DNA from: Squalus acanthias
Taxonomy: Eukaryota
Reading direction: 5' to 3'
DNA: 64,000 nt
Assembly: GCA_030390025.1 (NCBI GenBank)
Contig: JASTWF010000369.1
Span: forward strand, 310,001-374,000
The translations under genes were made by a program, and so were the position numbers. Shown here one piece after another: positions 37,575-49,895 of the stretch. The first letter of the stretch is position 1; each line of letters starts with the position of its first letter. The notes under the pieces were generated by a model. That model made no database searches. It worked only from the letters and a program-made list of their open reading frames with translations, and was not told the origin of the DNA.

Positions 37575-37860
37575 GCTCGTTTTGACAGTGGGCGATAGTG
37601 TAAAGCCAGCGATTTCAGATCAACCGCCTGTTAAACATTTCTCCCGATATTTAGTTCCTTTGACTTCAATGGAAATGAATATTGGGAGAGAATTATAATG
37701 GGCAGCTTATCCGATATCGCCTGTTTTACGCAATCGCCCAGCTTTACACCTCTCCCGATTACTATTTCTATTTGGAAAGGGAAATCGGGAGAGGTGTAAA
37801 ATGAGCGGCCTACTCGCTATCAACCCTTTCTACTATAGCACAATATCAAGATCTACCCCC
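37575..37860. mobile_element. Palindromic (hairpin) MITE-like repeat
   Basis: Imperfect 150-bp palindrome 37590-37739 plus a perfect 18-bp inverted repeat TTTACACCTCTCCCGATT/AATCGGGAGAGGTGTAAA at 37743-37800. Confidence 0.75.
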
Positions 37861-38307
37861 TGGTCATCTCAGCTGGCCTCTTGTGTGTTCTCAGTAATTG
37901 TATGGACGTTGCACTAATGTGTCTGATCAACGCATTGCCTGTGGAGCGCCGTGTTACCTGGGCAATTCTGCAGCAGTTATTGATTTTTCAGGTAACATAA
38001 ACTGGATGCGGTGTGAAACCGGCTGCTGATTCGCTGTGAGCCGGTTTGGCGCCACCGCCCGAGACCAATTGCCCCCCATTACTGAGTTAAGCGACTGCAC
38101 AAAATATCCCGAGTTAATTTCCATAAAACATATTCTCAAACTGATTATTAATGTGAATTGTGTGTAATTAGTACGTTTTCTATGTATTGTCTGCTTGTTG
38201 TAGGTAATCTAGTGGCGATTGTGATTCTCTCCCGTGGGATGTGCGGTCATTCTAAATGTATCACTCGTTACCTGATGGCCATGGCAGCGGCAGATCTACT
38301 GGTGATT

Positions 38308-39070
38308 GGCCCAGAAATTAAACAGTGAGGGTTCCCGCGGGGATAAGGATTCCCCGCGATATTGCACTCCGCGCCTACCTTTTTGCTCCGGGCCCACACG
38401 AACTTTAGTTTGAATGGCTCTGTCTCTTGGAACCGTGCAGTGCTTGCGTCACCCAGAGACGCAATTAGTTCCTGCGAGCTCTGGGATCACGTGATTCAGT
38501 TAGAGCCAATGGCAGCACACCATCTTTCATTCATAGTTTTGACAGGAAGACCTGTCAAAGCTATGAATACAACACCCCCCCAAAAGAACAGCTAAACCTC
38601 AATTATTTTTTTTAAAAGCCATCACATTAATAAAATAAGTATAGTTAAATAAATTAAACACTTTAAACCAAAAATTAAATTTTTGAAAAAATTTAAAATC
38701 TTTTTAAAAGTTATAAAAATAAACTTACCTTTCTTTAAAGTCTCTAAAAAAGATAAAACTGTTGAAAAAAATTTAAAATAACACTTAATTAACTACTTAC
38801 CTTGTTAAAAGGGTGTCGTACGCCTGCTTTTTTTATGTGTAAAATCTTCACCACTTGCCTGCGCGTTCAAAGCTGAAAAAATAACTAAGTGCACTGCGTG
38901 CGCACAGCCTGTAGCGTGCACGCGGTTCACTTAGGAACCGCCCCCTTTTGAATTCACGAAGTGCCGGTTTCCCGCGCATGCACAGTGCACGCAGGAAACC
39001 GGCAATTGGAGACCTAATACGCAAGAGTACACAGTGTGTACTCTCGCGTATTAGGTCTAATTTTCGGGCC
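38308..39070. mobile_element. Harbinger-type MITE inserted in TM2 of GPCR copy 2
   Basis: Ends GGCCCAGAAATT...AATTTTCGGGCC; receptor sequence resumes immediately on both sides. Confidence 0.88.
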
Positions 39071-39508
39071 AATATTTGATGTAATATTGCGTGAGATTAA
39101 TGATATTTATTTCCCAAATTCTTGCTTGAACTACACTCCCGTTTGCAGTCTCAATATTGCCCTGGTTTTTGCAGCCATTGATTGCTCCGTCTGCTTATCT
39201 CTCGCCTTCACCTTTGATCGATTCGTCGCCATTTGTTGCCAGAAGTTGAGAGGAAAATATTGCACCAAAAGAACTGCGACCATAGTAATAGCGACTGTGT
39301 TTGGACTGAGCTTGTAGAAAACATTCCAATTTACTTTGAAAATGAACACCTGGAAATTATTGACAATGTAGCGTGGTTCTGTACTGTAAAATCAAGCCTC
39401 TCTACTTTACCTATATGGTTAGCATACTTCTTCTTTGACATCACCCTAACACCATTTGCATCATTTGTGTTGATTGTGCTGCCCAATGCCCTGACCATCA
39501 GACACATT

Positions 39509-40250
39509 GGCCCAGAAATTGATCTCGCTCTGTTCCCGCGGGGGTAAGGCTTCCCCGCGATCTCTCACTTCGCGTGTGCTTTTTCAGATCCAGCTCGCAC
39601 GAACTTGATGTTCCAGACATCAGCTGGGCAGTGCTTGCGTATCCCACCGGCGTAGTGAATTCGTGCGAGCTGTGGGATCACGTGACTCAGTTAGAGCCAA
39701 TGGCAGCACACCATCTTCCATTCATAAGTTTCACATCCGTGCTGTGAAATCTATGAATCTTACACCTCCCCAAAATAACAGCTAAACCTCAATTAAATTA
39801 AAATAAAAACCATCACATTAATAAAATAAGTATAGTTAAATAAATTAACCATTTTAAATAAAAAATTAAATTTTTGAAAAAATTTAAAATCTTTTAAAAA
39901 GTTATAAAAATAAACTTACCTGTCTTTAAAGTCTCTAAAAAAGATATACCTGTTAAAAAAAATTCAAAAAAATACTTAATTCACTACTTACCTTGTTAAA
40001 AGTGGGTCTTACTCCTCCTTTTTCCATTTCTAAAATCGACCGTCCTTACCTGCGCGTCCAAAGCACGAGTGCACAGCGTGCGCGCAGCCTGTAGCGCGCA
40101 CGCGGTGCACCGAGGAACCGCCCCCATTTCAAAAGACCAAGTGCCAGTTTTCAGCGCATGCTCAGGGCATGCAGAAAACCGGCAATTGCAGAGAGAATAC
40201 GCGAGAGTACGCAGTGCGTACTCTCGCGCAGCGGGATGAATTTTTGGCCC
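39509..40250. mobile_element. Harbinger-type MITE inserted after TM5 of GPCR copy 2
   Basis: Ends GGCCCAGAAATTGATC...GATGAATTTTTGGCCC; collinear homolog of 38308-39070. Confidence 0.88.
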
Positions 40251-40627
40251 ATAGTCCGGGCCAGCAGAGTAAGGAGCGGAACTCCGGGGAAACAACAATA
40301 GTGAGGATCACAGTGATCCAGAGATGGAGAACCGAAGGAGATCGATCATATTACTGCTCTAGCTGTTTTATACTGTTATGGATGGTAATTTTTGTACATT
40401 TCATATGTACACAATTTGCAGACATTCAGTTTCTGCTCACAGATTCCAATGATCCATTCGCCAACATGGAGCAGACTGGATTATATGCTTCACTGCTTGA
40501 GTTCATGCACAAACACATTTGTCTATGCATTGGCTCAGGCTAAGTACAGAGAGGAACTGAAGAATATCCTTAAATATCCTTTGTCTCTAATTGTTAAGTT
40601 ATGGCTTCACAAAAAATCAAACTCAAT

Positions 40628-41180
40628 GGCCCCTAATTTCCGACAGGAGGCTTCCTGCGTACGGATGCCTCCTTTCGTGAAAAAATCTATGCCCTTACCT
40701 CAGGGAGCCCGAGGTCCGGACTCTTCGGCGCAAAGGCCCAGGTATTCCAGGGGCGCAGGCGGTTCGCAAGCATCCCTGGAATCACGTGGGCCAGGCGAGC
40801 CAATGGGAGAAGGGAAATCCCCCTTCTTACATTTGACAGGAAGACCTGTCAAAAATATGAATGGGGATTACTGAAAAAAGACATCAAAACATTAAATACA
40901 TTTTTTTAAAACATCACGTTTTAAAATGAGTTAAAATTACATTAAATTAAAAATTTTAAACAATTTAATTTTTGGAAAAAAATAATTAAAGTTCTTTACA
41001 GGGGTAAAAATAAACTTAATTTTTTAAAAGTATTTTAAAATTATAAATGAGTGAAATTTTTTTTAAACGTTTTTGAACGCTTATGCTGGTAAAAGCAGGC
41101 CTTATTATTGCGGCACCTCCGAGGTCGCTGCAGGTATGGACACAGCGCATACACACCCGTAGGCTTTGAAAATACGGGCC
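40628..41180. mobile_element. Harbinger-type MITE with AAT target-site duplication
   Basis: AAT|GGCCCCTAATTTC...GAAAATACGGGCC|AAT; shares the ATCACGTG...GAGCCAATGG block and AT-rich core with the two preceding MITEs. Confidence 0.85.
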
Positions 41181-43037
41181 AATGTCATCAAACCTCAGCC
41201 CGAAATGACCCAACATAGATCACAATATATTCCCTGAATCCATTTATAATTATAGGGCACTTTATCTTTCCCGCGTTCTTTCTCTTTCTATGCGCATTTT
41301 CAGGTAAGGTAACAAATATACCGAAGGCGCCAAATTTAAAAAAAACAATAGCAACCTCGTTTGGACGGGTGGCCCATATCACAGGCCCAGAAATAAAGGA
41401 ATACATTCGAATCTCTGCCATCTATGGCTCGAGTGGCCAATAACAATCCCACTCCAACATTATGCAGCTTCTGTGGGGCCCACGCCCTGTTGTCTCCATT
41501 TTAATTTAAATAATCCCTCTCCTCGCATCTGGCAAGGGATCACCATCGGGTGAAACGGACAGTGACAATGCAACACTGCCACACTCCCAGTACTTATTTA
41601 TTTACTAATTGGTTTCTTTCAGGGCGGCTGCAGCTGATGGCTTTACCTGAAGTTCGGGTATTAAAGCTCTCGGCTATGTCTCCATATGCATGGCCTACCT
41701 GATTCCAGTGCAGCGGAGCGAGCAGTTATTGCTGCCGCCCCACGGCCGCAACTGGTGGAACCTCCATTCAAAGGGAAGCCCCGTGTGTCCTTTCTGTGGT
41801 CAAGATAAATGGTGGCGCGATAGTGAACTGCACTGTCCACCATTTGGCTCCTATGTATCTTCTGCTATCCGTAATTCTTCAACTCAGGGATCATACGAGC
41901 GATCGGTTTTCCATAGAGCAACTGGTTTCGACTTTCCTTAGGGGGAAGGGAGGTAGGAGGTAACTCCAGGATGACATGCCTGAGTGGAGGTTCAGGATCA
42001 CGTTGTTGTTCTGTGATCAATTCAGTGAAATGGTACCTGGACCAGGCACGTGTGCACTGCTCTGGTACTCTGCTGACGATTTGTCAGCCAGTATGGATCA
42101 CTGGTGGACCCCTGATGGGTCGATGTGTTGTTGGGAGTCACGACTGTTCCTCACTTGGCTCCAGATCACCCGGCATTGTGAAGCCCTAACAGGATAGGAT
42201 GTCATACTCTGACAGGCAGAAATAATCTTACTGCCTTGGTGCACTGGTGAAATGCCCGGATTTACTGTTAAAATCCAGAAGTACCTCAGAAAGTCTCGTA
42301 AACCATAGCTCTGCTCTCTCTGTGCCTAAATTTTCTGAATTTGTGTAAGTCGGGTGTGTTCCCGTGGGCAAACGTTGTATCCGTTCTGTCAAGCAGCCAG
42401 AAGTTCTGCAAGCATAGATATTTTAGTAAGTTGGCTTGGAGACTCTTAGACTTGATGATCGACGTTTGTGCCAGGCAATTGCGTTTCTTCTGTAGTGAAA
42501 TGTGGATCCAGTCTGGGTTCAGCAAGATCCCAATAACAGCAATGTGACGAAGGGCCGGTTAAGCTGCTTTTGTGGTTTTGATTTAGCGACGTGTTTTGAC
42601 CAGGAAATGGAGAGAGCTCACCTCTCTTTGAATACTGCCATAGAGACTTTAACGTGACCCAGAACAGAAAGATGGCTCCTGGGTCAATGTATCGCTCTAT
42701 CAATTGCCCCCGTGACAAAGTGGCGCTCCTTCAGTGAGACATCCGTTCAACTCCTGGGCCATGTTTGATCCCGCAGCCTTCCAAGCAAGAGCTGAGTGTT
42801 GTACCGGCTCTACGAAGCTGATTTACATACAGAAATGATATGAGCCTTTTCAGGATAATTTCAATGTTTAAGTATTTATTTTGTTCAACATTTTAATATT
42901 AATGATTAGGATATTCTGAGCAGCTGCTGAATTTATGACAAGCAATCCCGCTCTGGCTAACTCTTACACTGAGGCACTGAGAAGAAAATGAGCCCTTATA
43001 ATTCAGCAGCAAAATACTGCGGATGCTGGAAATCTGC

Positions 43038-43580
43038 TGCAGGCGGTTCGCAATCGTCCCTGCGATCACGTGAGCCAGGCGAGCCAATGGGAGAAGGGAT
43101 ATCCCCCTTCATACTTTTAACAGGTGGACATTAAAACATGAAATCATTTTTTTTTAAATCACGTTGTAAAATGAGTTAAAATTACATTAAACAAAAATTT
43201 TAAGTTTGAAAGAACAATTAAAGTTTTCTTACGGGGCTAAAAATAAACTTACCTTTTTTCAAAATATTTTTAAATTATAAATGAGTGAAAAAATTGTTTT
43301 TAATGTTTTTTTTAATTCTTATGCTGGTAAAAGCAGGCCTTTACCAGGCGTAAGATTTTTAAGCGATTTCAGCGGGCGGAGGTTCTGCAGAAAGCGGAAC
43401 TCTCCACCCACAGAGGCCCTACTCCAGGGCAGGGGTGCGATCTTTCAAGAGGATTCTTGACAGATCGGAAGAGACGGTTTTCAGCGCATGCGCTTCGCAT
43501 GTTTGAAACCGGCACTTGCGAGGTACCTACGGGTCTGTACACAGCTCGTACACACCAGTAGAGGTCGGAAAATACGGTCC
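43038..43580. mobile_element. Left-truncated MITE of the 40628-41180 family
   Basis: GCAGGCGGTTCGCAA...ATCACGTG.GCCAGGCGAGCCAATGGGAGAAGGG; right end GAAAATACGGTCC. Confidence 0.8.
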
Positions 43581-43596
43581 AAATAGTTCAATAAAA

Positions 43597-44705
43597 ACAT
43601 AAGAACATAAGAAATAGGAGCAGGATTAGGCCATTCGGCCCTTCGAGCCTGTTCCGCCATTCAATGAAATCATGGCTGGTCTTCTGCCTCAACTCTATTC
43701 ACCGGCCCTATCGCCATATCCCTTCATGCCTTTACTAGTCAGAAATCTATCGACTTCTGTTTTGAATATAGCCAATGACTGAGCCTCCACAGCCCTCTGG
43801 AGTAGAGAATTCCAAAGATTCACCACCCTCTGTGTGAAGAAATGTCTTCTCATCTCAGTCCTGAATGGCCTACCCTTTATCTTGAGGCTGTGGCCCCTAG
43901 TTCTAGAGTCCCCAGCTAAGGGAAACATTCTCCCAGCATCCACCCTATCAAGCCCTGTAATAATGTTGTATACTTCAATGAGATCCTCTCTCATTCTTCT
44001 GAATTCAAAAGAATACAGGCCTAGTTTACTCAATCTCTTCTCATACGACAGTCCCACCAGCCCAGGAATCAATCTCGTGAACCTTCGTTGCACTCCCTCT
44101 ATGGCAAGTATATCCTTCCTTAGGTAAGGAAACCAAAATTGTACACAGTACTCCAGGTGTGGATCTCACCGAGGCCCTATATAATTGGAGTAAGACTTCT
44201 TTACTCCTGTGCTCAAATCCTCTTGTAATGAATGGCAGCATACCATTAGCCTTCCTAATGGCTTGCAGCACCTGCACATTCACTTTCAGTGACTCATGTA
44301 CAAGGACACCCAGGTCCCTTTGAGCATCTGCATTCCCCAATCTTTCACCATTTAGTAAATAATCTGCCTTTCTGTTTTTTCTACCAAAGTGGATCACTTT
44401 ACATTTATACATATTATATTCCATCTGCCATGTTCTCACCCACTCACTGAGCCTGTCGAGATCCCCTTGATGCCTCTTCACATTCTCTTCGCAACTGACA
44501 CTGCCACCTAGCTTTCTATCATCAGCAAATTTGGGAATGGTACATTTAGTCCCCTCATCCAAATCATTGATATAGATTTAGAATAGCTGGGGCCCAAACA
44601 CCGATCCTTGCGGTACCCCACTAGTCACCGCCTGCCATCCTGAAAAAGACCCGTTTATCCCTACTCTTTGTTTTCTGTCTGTTAACCAATTCGCAATCCA
44701 TGCTA
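43597..44705 (-). mobile_element. CR1 LINE, 5'-truncated
   Basis: KFADD.KLGG, WQMEYN, QRRFTRLIPG, FFTQRVVNLWN; tail CATAAGAACATAAGAA. Confidence 0.92.
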
Positions 44706-45404
44706 AAATATGTGTTCCAGCTGTAATAGTTCGATTTTAGCCAAATTGACCGCTTGAATAAAATCTAATTAAACGGGTGTGGTGACGTAATGTCCGGGCG
44801 TTTTTCAATTTTCAATAGTCAAATCTAATGTAAAAACTGCGCCAGCAGCCGCAGTAAACTTCACATTCTTCATAAAGAGATGTATATTTCATTCCATCTC
44901 GCAGGAAATACTAAAGACCAACCGATGTACTTACGACATGACCAAGTGTTTTAATTCTCCATTTGACCAATCTCCTCTAATTTCATTTCCCTGCTAGAGC
45001 CCATTCGGTTCAAATCTTCCCTTTCAAACAACGCAATTTCAAATAAATGACGTATTGTGATTTATTTAAATGTATTTTTCAATACAATTTACAAAAGTGA
45101 ACGAAGCCCGCGTTTTATGACATGACTTATCATTTAATGTTGCTCTGACTTTAAAGCTGTGACTTTGATTACGGACATAAGAATAAATACAACCATTGCA
45201 ATCTCATCGATCTTTCTTTCAGTCTTTGGACATCTGTAAATGAACTTGTTGCGATTTACAATCCCTAGCAGAGATTTGAATAGCCAGATTATAGTTTTTG
45301 GCCCAGTTTGAGGACCGGTACACTGAAATACCCATAATCTGAAGATTCTCTCTCTTGCAGTGTAGCAACGCCTTGTAAGTTGTAAGGTCCTGCCCGGTAT
45401 AAAT

Positions 45405-45700
45405 AAATACAACAACTTACATTGATTCAGCGCCTCTAACGTAGGGAAACGTCTCAAGGCGCTTCACAGGAGCGTAATCAAGCTAAAATTGACACTGTGT
45501 CAAAGAACAGGATATTAGGTGACTAAAAGCTTGGTCAAAGAGGTAGGTTTTAAGGAGTGTCTTAAAGGGCAAGAGAGAGGTGGAGAGGTTTATGGAGGAA
45601 ATTCCAGAGCTTAGGGTCTCAATAGCTGAGGGCACCGTCACCAATGGTGGAGCCAATGAAGCGGGGGATGCGCAAGAGCCCAGATTTGGAGGGAGAGAGT
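45405..45700 (-). mobile_element. L2-type LINE 3' end
   Basis: CAACAACTTACATT..AGCGCC..AAGGCGCTTCACA tail; minus strand resembles the L2 C-terminus (LWNS...FKTLLKTYLFDQAF). Confidence 0.65.
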
Positions 45701-45726
45701 AAGGCTTTTACTTGGGACAAGAGCAT

Positions 45727-46058
45727 TGTCGGGGAGTCCAGAACCAGGGGTCACAGTCTAAGGATAAGGGGTAAGCCATTTAGGACAGAAATGAGGAGGA
45801 ATTTCTTCACCCAGAGAGTGGTGAACCTGTGGAATTCTCTACCACAGAAGGCAGTTGAGGCCAATTCATTAAATAGATTCAAGAAGGAGTTGGAAATATT
45901 TCTTAAGGCTAAAGGGATCAAGGGATATGGGGAGAAAGCAGGGACAGGGTACTGAATTTGAATGATCAGCCATGATCGCATTGAATGGCGGAGCAGGCTA
46001 GAGGGGCCGAATGACCTACTCCTGCTCCTATCTTCTATGATTCTATGATTCTATGATT
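45727..46058 (+). mobile_element. CR1 3' fragment, close relative of 9385-9710
   Basis: GESRTRGHSLRIRGKPFRTEMRRNFFTQRVVNLWNSLP; tail (TTCTATGA)n. Confidence 0.92.
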
Positions 46059-46059
46059 A

Positions 46060-47560
46060 AAGGTGATGATAAGGGTATGACTGAGCTGACCAGTAGCTGC
46101 AGAAGCATCGTGATCAATGGAGCATCAAGGACTAGCAAGTGGGGAGTTTGAAAGTGCGGTTGTAAGTGATTTTGAGGACAGTTTATTCCAGCGATGAACA
46201 TAGAAGGAAATGCGGTTTGAAGGGGTAGGAGGGTGTGAGTGGTGAGGGATACAAGGAAGTGATCAGAGATGGCCTTGTCTGTGATTAAGATGACAACAAT
46301 AGAGAGGCCTCGTCAGGTGGGAAGTTCGAGGCAGTGGCCGTGAATATGCGTGGGAGAGTTTAAATGGAGGCAGAGGTTAAGGGAGGACAGGAGTGCAGTG
46401 TGCTCCAGGGAGAGAGGGCAAGGTGAGTTGAGATGGAGCTTGAAATCAACAAGGATGAGAAGTCACTCGGTGCCCATGCTGAGGGAGGTAAACAATGCGA
46501 ATATCGAAATGTGATTCTGGGCTTGTATGGAAGGTAGAGAAGGCAGCTTTAAAAAAAGAGGTGATAGGGCTGGACCAAGCTGAGCTGCTGAAAGGGGGAG
46601 ATGGTGCCAGAGGAGTATGGGGATAGATCAAGGTGGGATTTAGTGAGAAGGGCCACACCGGCCACAGCGGTTTTGGCGAGACAGGTGTTGGAAGATATAG
46701 CCAGGCTGGAAAGCTTGAGTAAGTGGGATGATGTATTCAACTATGATCAAAGTATTCATCTAGTTCATGACATCAATGTAATCATCCTCAATAAGGTCAA
46801 GGACATCAAGGGCCTTATTTTCAAGTGAATTAACATTCTGTAGGGAGAAGCAGAGAGGGGCGGTGATAGTTGATCCACTGGCAGATTCCACAGGGTCAGC
46901 GCTGCGAGGAGTGAGTGGGACAGGAAGGAAGTTGGGAAGATTAACCAGCAGCCAACATGCTCAGAGAGAGGATCGAAGAGAGAAGAGGACGGGGGCGTTG
47001 GGGTTGTGCTCATGAGGCAGAACCGAGTGTCTCGATGGGCCCTTCAGAGAATGTAGAGAGTGGCAAAGTGGGAGGCTTTCGGCTTATCCAAGAAGGTGTC
47101 AAGCCTGAGGGGTAGCAGGAGAGTAGGAAGGTCCAGGAATAGGGAAGGATGGTGGCAGAGATTAGGGGTTAATGGGAAAAGTACCCGGAAGAGGAGAAAT
47201 GAAAGGAAGCATGACTAGGTAACAAGAAAAGGAGAGACGGGAGAGAAGTGTCCGAAAGGTAGAGAGAAGAGAAAGAAAAACGGGAGACAGAAATGATGGG
47301 CTCCTGGTCGGAGCAGCAACCAAAATACTCAGGCAAATGGACACCAGTAAACTGAGGTTACACAGGCCTGGCAAAGGTTAGGATAGAAATGTCCTGACTG
47401 TAAATGGAGAATAGGGAGGAGACAATAAGAGAGAGTCCAAAGTTAAAGTCAGAGGTTCCGTGGTGGGATGAAGTTGACTTGTTGATATGGTGGAGTCACC
47501 ATGGAGGTCCGACGGACTCATGTCCCGGTTCGGAGATAGTTGTGCAGGGCGAGTGAGCGT
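46060..47560 (-). mobile_element. Degenerate L2-like 5'/endonuclease region
   Basis: Purine-rich + strand; minus-strand relics resembling GGVAL..KS.L, IVY.P and SDH endonuclease motifs. Confidence 0.45.
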
Positions 47561-48813
47561 GTTTAATGGGCAGAGTATCCGTGGGCGGACTGCTTGAGGT
47601 GTTGCTGTGGAAAATGAAGCCAATGGCTCGCAGCGTTGGAGGACTCCCTGTCAGGACACGATGCTGCAGATAACAAAGTCAACTTTTTTAAAGAACATAT
47701 TTTACTCTGCTTCTGCCAATAGACTAAACAGACTCTGGCAGATTTATGCCTCCATGACCGTCTATTCGCGTCTGTTCTTCTTATCTGTTTTATTCTTTTA
47801 GAATAAAATTCCGTCACAATTGAACGTCGTTGATTTGCTCTTCCGTAGAATAGACTTTATGTGTAATATTCACAGTTTCCACAATGGGAATCAGTTTTAC
47901 CTAAATAATCGGAAGTGAAATATCTCTGTTGTCAGTCAATAGTCCTTTAATTGAATTCACGTCACGTTTCAATGTTTTTAGTATTCTCCTAAGTTTTACT
48001 AAAGGCTTTTTGTCTCAGAGTTACCAGTTATCGTGGATTGTTGTCTGAAAGTACAGAGATATTACTGGCATGTTTTTCAACATTAGATAAAGTAATTCCA
48101 TTCCAAATGATTTAACACAGAGTACAAGCATATTTACTTGTAATTTGCAGCTACATTTAAGTAATACAATTGTATTAAACAAATGCAAAAAACAACTACT
48201 TTATCCGATATAAAATATGTTATAAAATATATTTATGCATCATAACATCCCTCTTATTCCATACACGTGTCAGTAAAATGGCAGGTGCAGCACTGCAGGT
48301 GTAGTCTGTGGATGGCCCTTGTTAGGTTGCAGATCACCAGATGAGAAGGCCACGTCAGACAAAGCCACCAGTATTTGGAATGTGTATCCAGCCACCTCGA
48401 GCACAACAGGCTTTCAGCAAGAATAATTATGTTCTTGCCAAGTAGAAAAGCACTTACAGGCACCAAGGGCAAGATCAGATTGTTTCTTCAGTATTGTGCT
48501 CAGAGATTAAGGGTGAATTTTCACTGCCAATTAATTTCGGTGGGTGTATAAAACAGGCGCATTATCCCCGGAGGTAAACGTGACAAATCACGCCTAAATG
48601 TTTGAAGATCTCCCGGAATCTGATGCTTCAGGCAGTGTTACTAATTGGTACTGTACATGTGCACAGCTTGGCGAATGGGGGCTGTGTGTGCACAGTGTAG
48701 AGAGTGCAGTGAAGGGTCACTTGATTGGAGAAAGAGTGTCAAATAGCTGGCAGTGTCTCAGTGGTATCTCAGATGCACTTTAAGAAAAGATATTGCTTAT
48801 TAGATTACTTACT

Positions 48814-49437
48814 GGCTCAGAATTTGCAGTCAGCGGTGAAGCAAAGGCGCTCAAGCTCTGCCCCCGAAGAAAGCTGACGACAAAGATCTCGCGATCTCTG
48901 CGGCGAGATGTTTGGCTTTTTCGACGTGCAATTGACATCAGTTCAGTGTAGTGAGAATCCCACAGTGCGATGCTGCTGTAACGTCAACAAACAATCTCAG
49001 CAGCCAATCACAATGCAGAATTCTCAAAGGGATAACGTAAACCTAAAATAAATATGAACAAACTTATAATATATATTTTTTTAATTCTTAAAAATTGTAA
49101 TTTCTAGTATAATGAAGAAATTTAACGCTCCAAAAACTAAAATTAGTATTTTAGGCCCATAACTTTTTTTTAACAGCCAATACAATGTTTAAACCCCAGT
49201 TACACCTAATCCAACAAGGTCTAACTTTTAATGGAGTATTTTACGGAAATATTACCGCGGAAAAACCCAAGTTTTCATCAGTTTCACTGGTTTTCCTGAT
49301 TACACGGATTGCCTGTTATAGGGGCAGGGTGGGCCTCACAGCACAGCCAGTAAATGACTGACCGCAACTTGAGGATTTCTGCATTAGGATGCGCACGTGC
49401 TACATCCTGAAGTAGCGGTCACTTTCAAAGTGATAAT
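48814..49437. mobile_element. Non-autonomous Harbinger-like element (partial)
   Basis: TIR-like GGCTCAGAATTTGC start, CCAAT box and AT-rich core; interrupted at AAT by the element starting at 49438. Confidence 0.5.
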
Positions 49438-49648
49438 GGCCCAGAAATTCGCCTCTCCGGCTTGCCGCGGGGGTAAGGATCGTGCACGCACTTAACTGCC
49501 ACGTCTGCCATTCTGCTTCTGGCCCACTGGAACTTAGGATTTTCTGAAGAGGACTCCCGGGCAGCGTCTGACATCACACCGCCCAGGAGCGCAGCGTGCG
49601 CGGAGCCTCCGGAGCGGAGGGTAGTGAAGACACGCCCTCCGAAGTTGC

Positions 49649-49670
49649 ATTTGCATAGGCCACGACCCCG
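49649..49670. promoter_or_regulatory. Octamer + Klf/Sp-like box in the Myb/SANT element promoter
   Basis: ATTTGCAT-AGGCCACGACCCCG; conserved as CGGGGGCGTGGCCTATGCAAAT at 243-264. Confidence 0.55.
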
Positions 49671-49895
49671 TTTTTTTCACATGCTGCAAACCTTTTTTAC
49701 AAGCAGAACAGCATGGTAAGTTGTCTCTTTGTATTTTAATGAATGGTTTGCTAACTTTTACAAACTTTTAAAGACTTTTACATGAATTGGAAGAATTTTA
49801 AACAGTTTTCAAGAGATTGAAGTAATTTAAATAGTTTTAAAAGCCCTGAAAGCATTTTTTTCATTCATTTTATTTTATTTAATCAGCAAAGTGAA

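Larger units (their letters stand above)
31598..40605 (+). pseudogene. GPR139/GPR142-like GPCR, copy 2 (exon 1 31598-31667; exon 2 pieces 38204-38307, 39071-39508, 40251-~40605)
   Basis: Exon 1 MERPIIPQIEEMFYPILALVGVP + G|GTAAG; acceptor TGTAG at 38203; NLVAIVILSRG, YLMAMAAADLL, FTFDRFVAICC, DPEMENRRRSI, TG.YMLHCLSSCTNTFVYA. Two MITE insertions, several frameshifts and a TM6 deletion. Confidence 0.92.

Noticed and set aside
38484..38512. ER-stress element in the MITE CACGTG...CCAAT block
   Set aside because: Order and spacing do not fit CCAAT-N9-CCACG.
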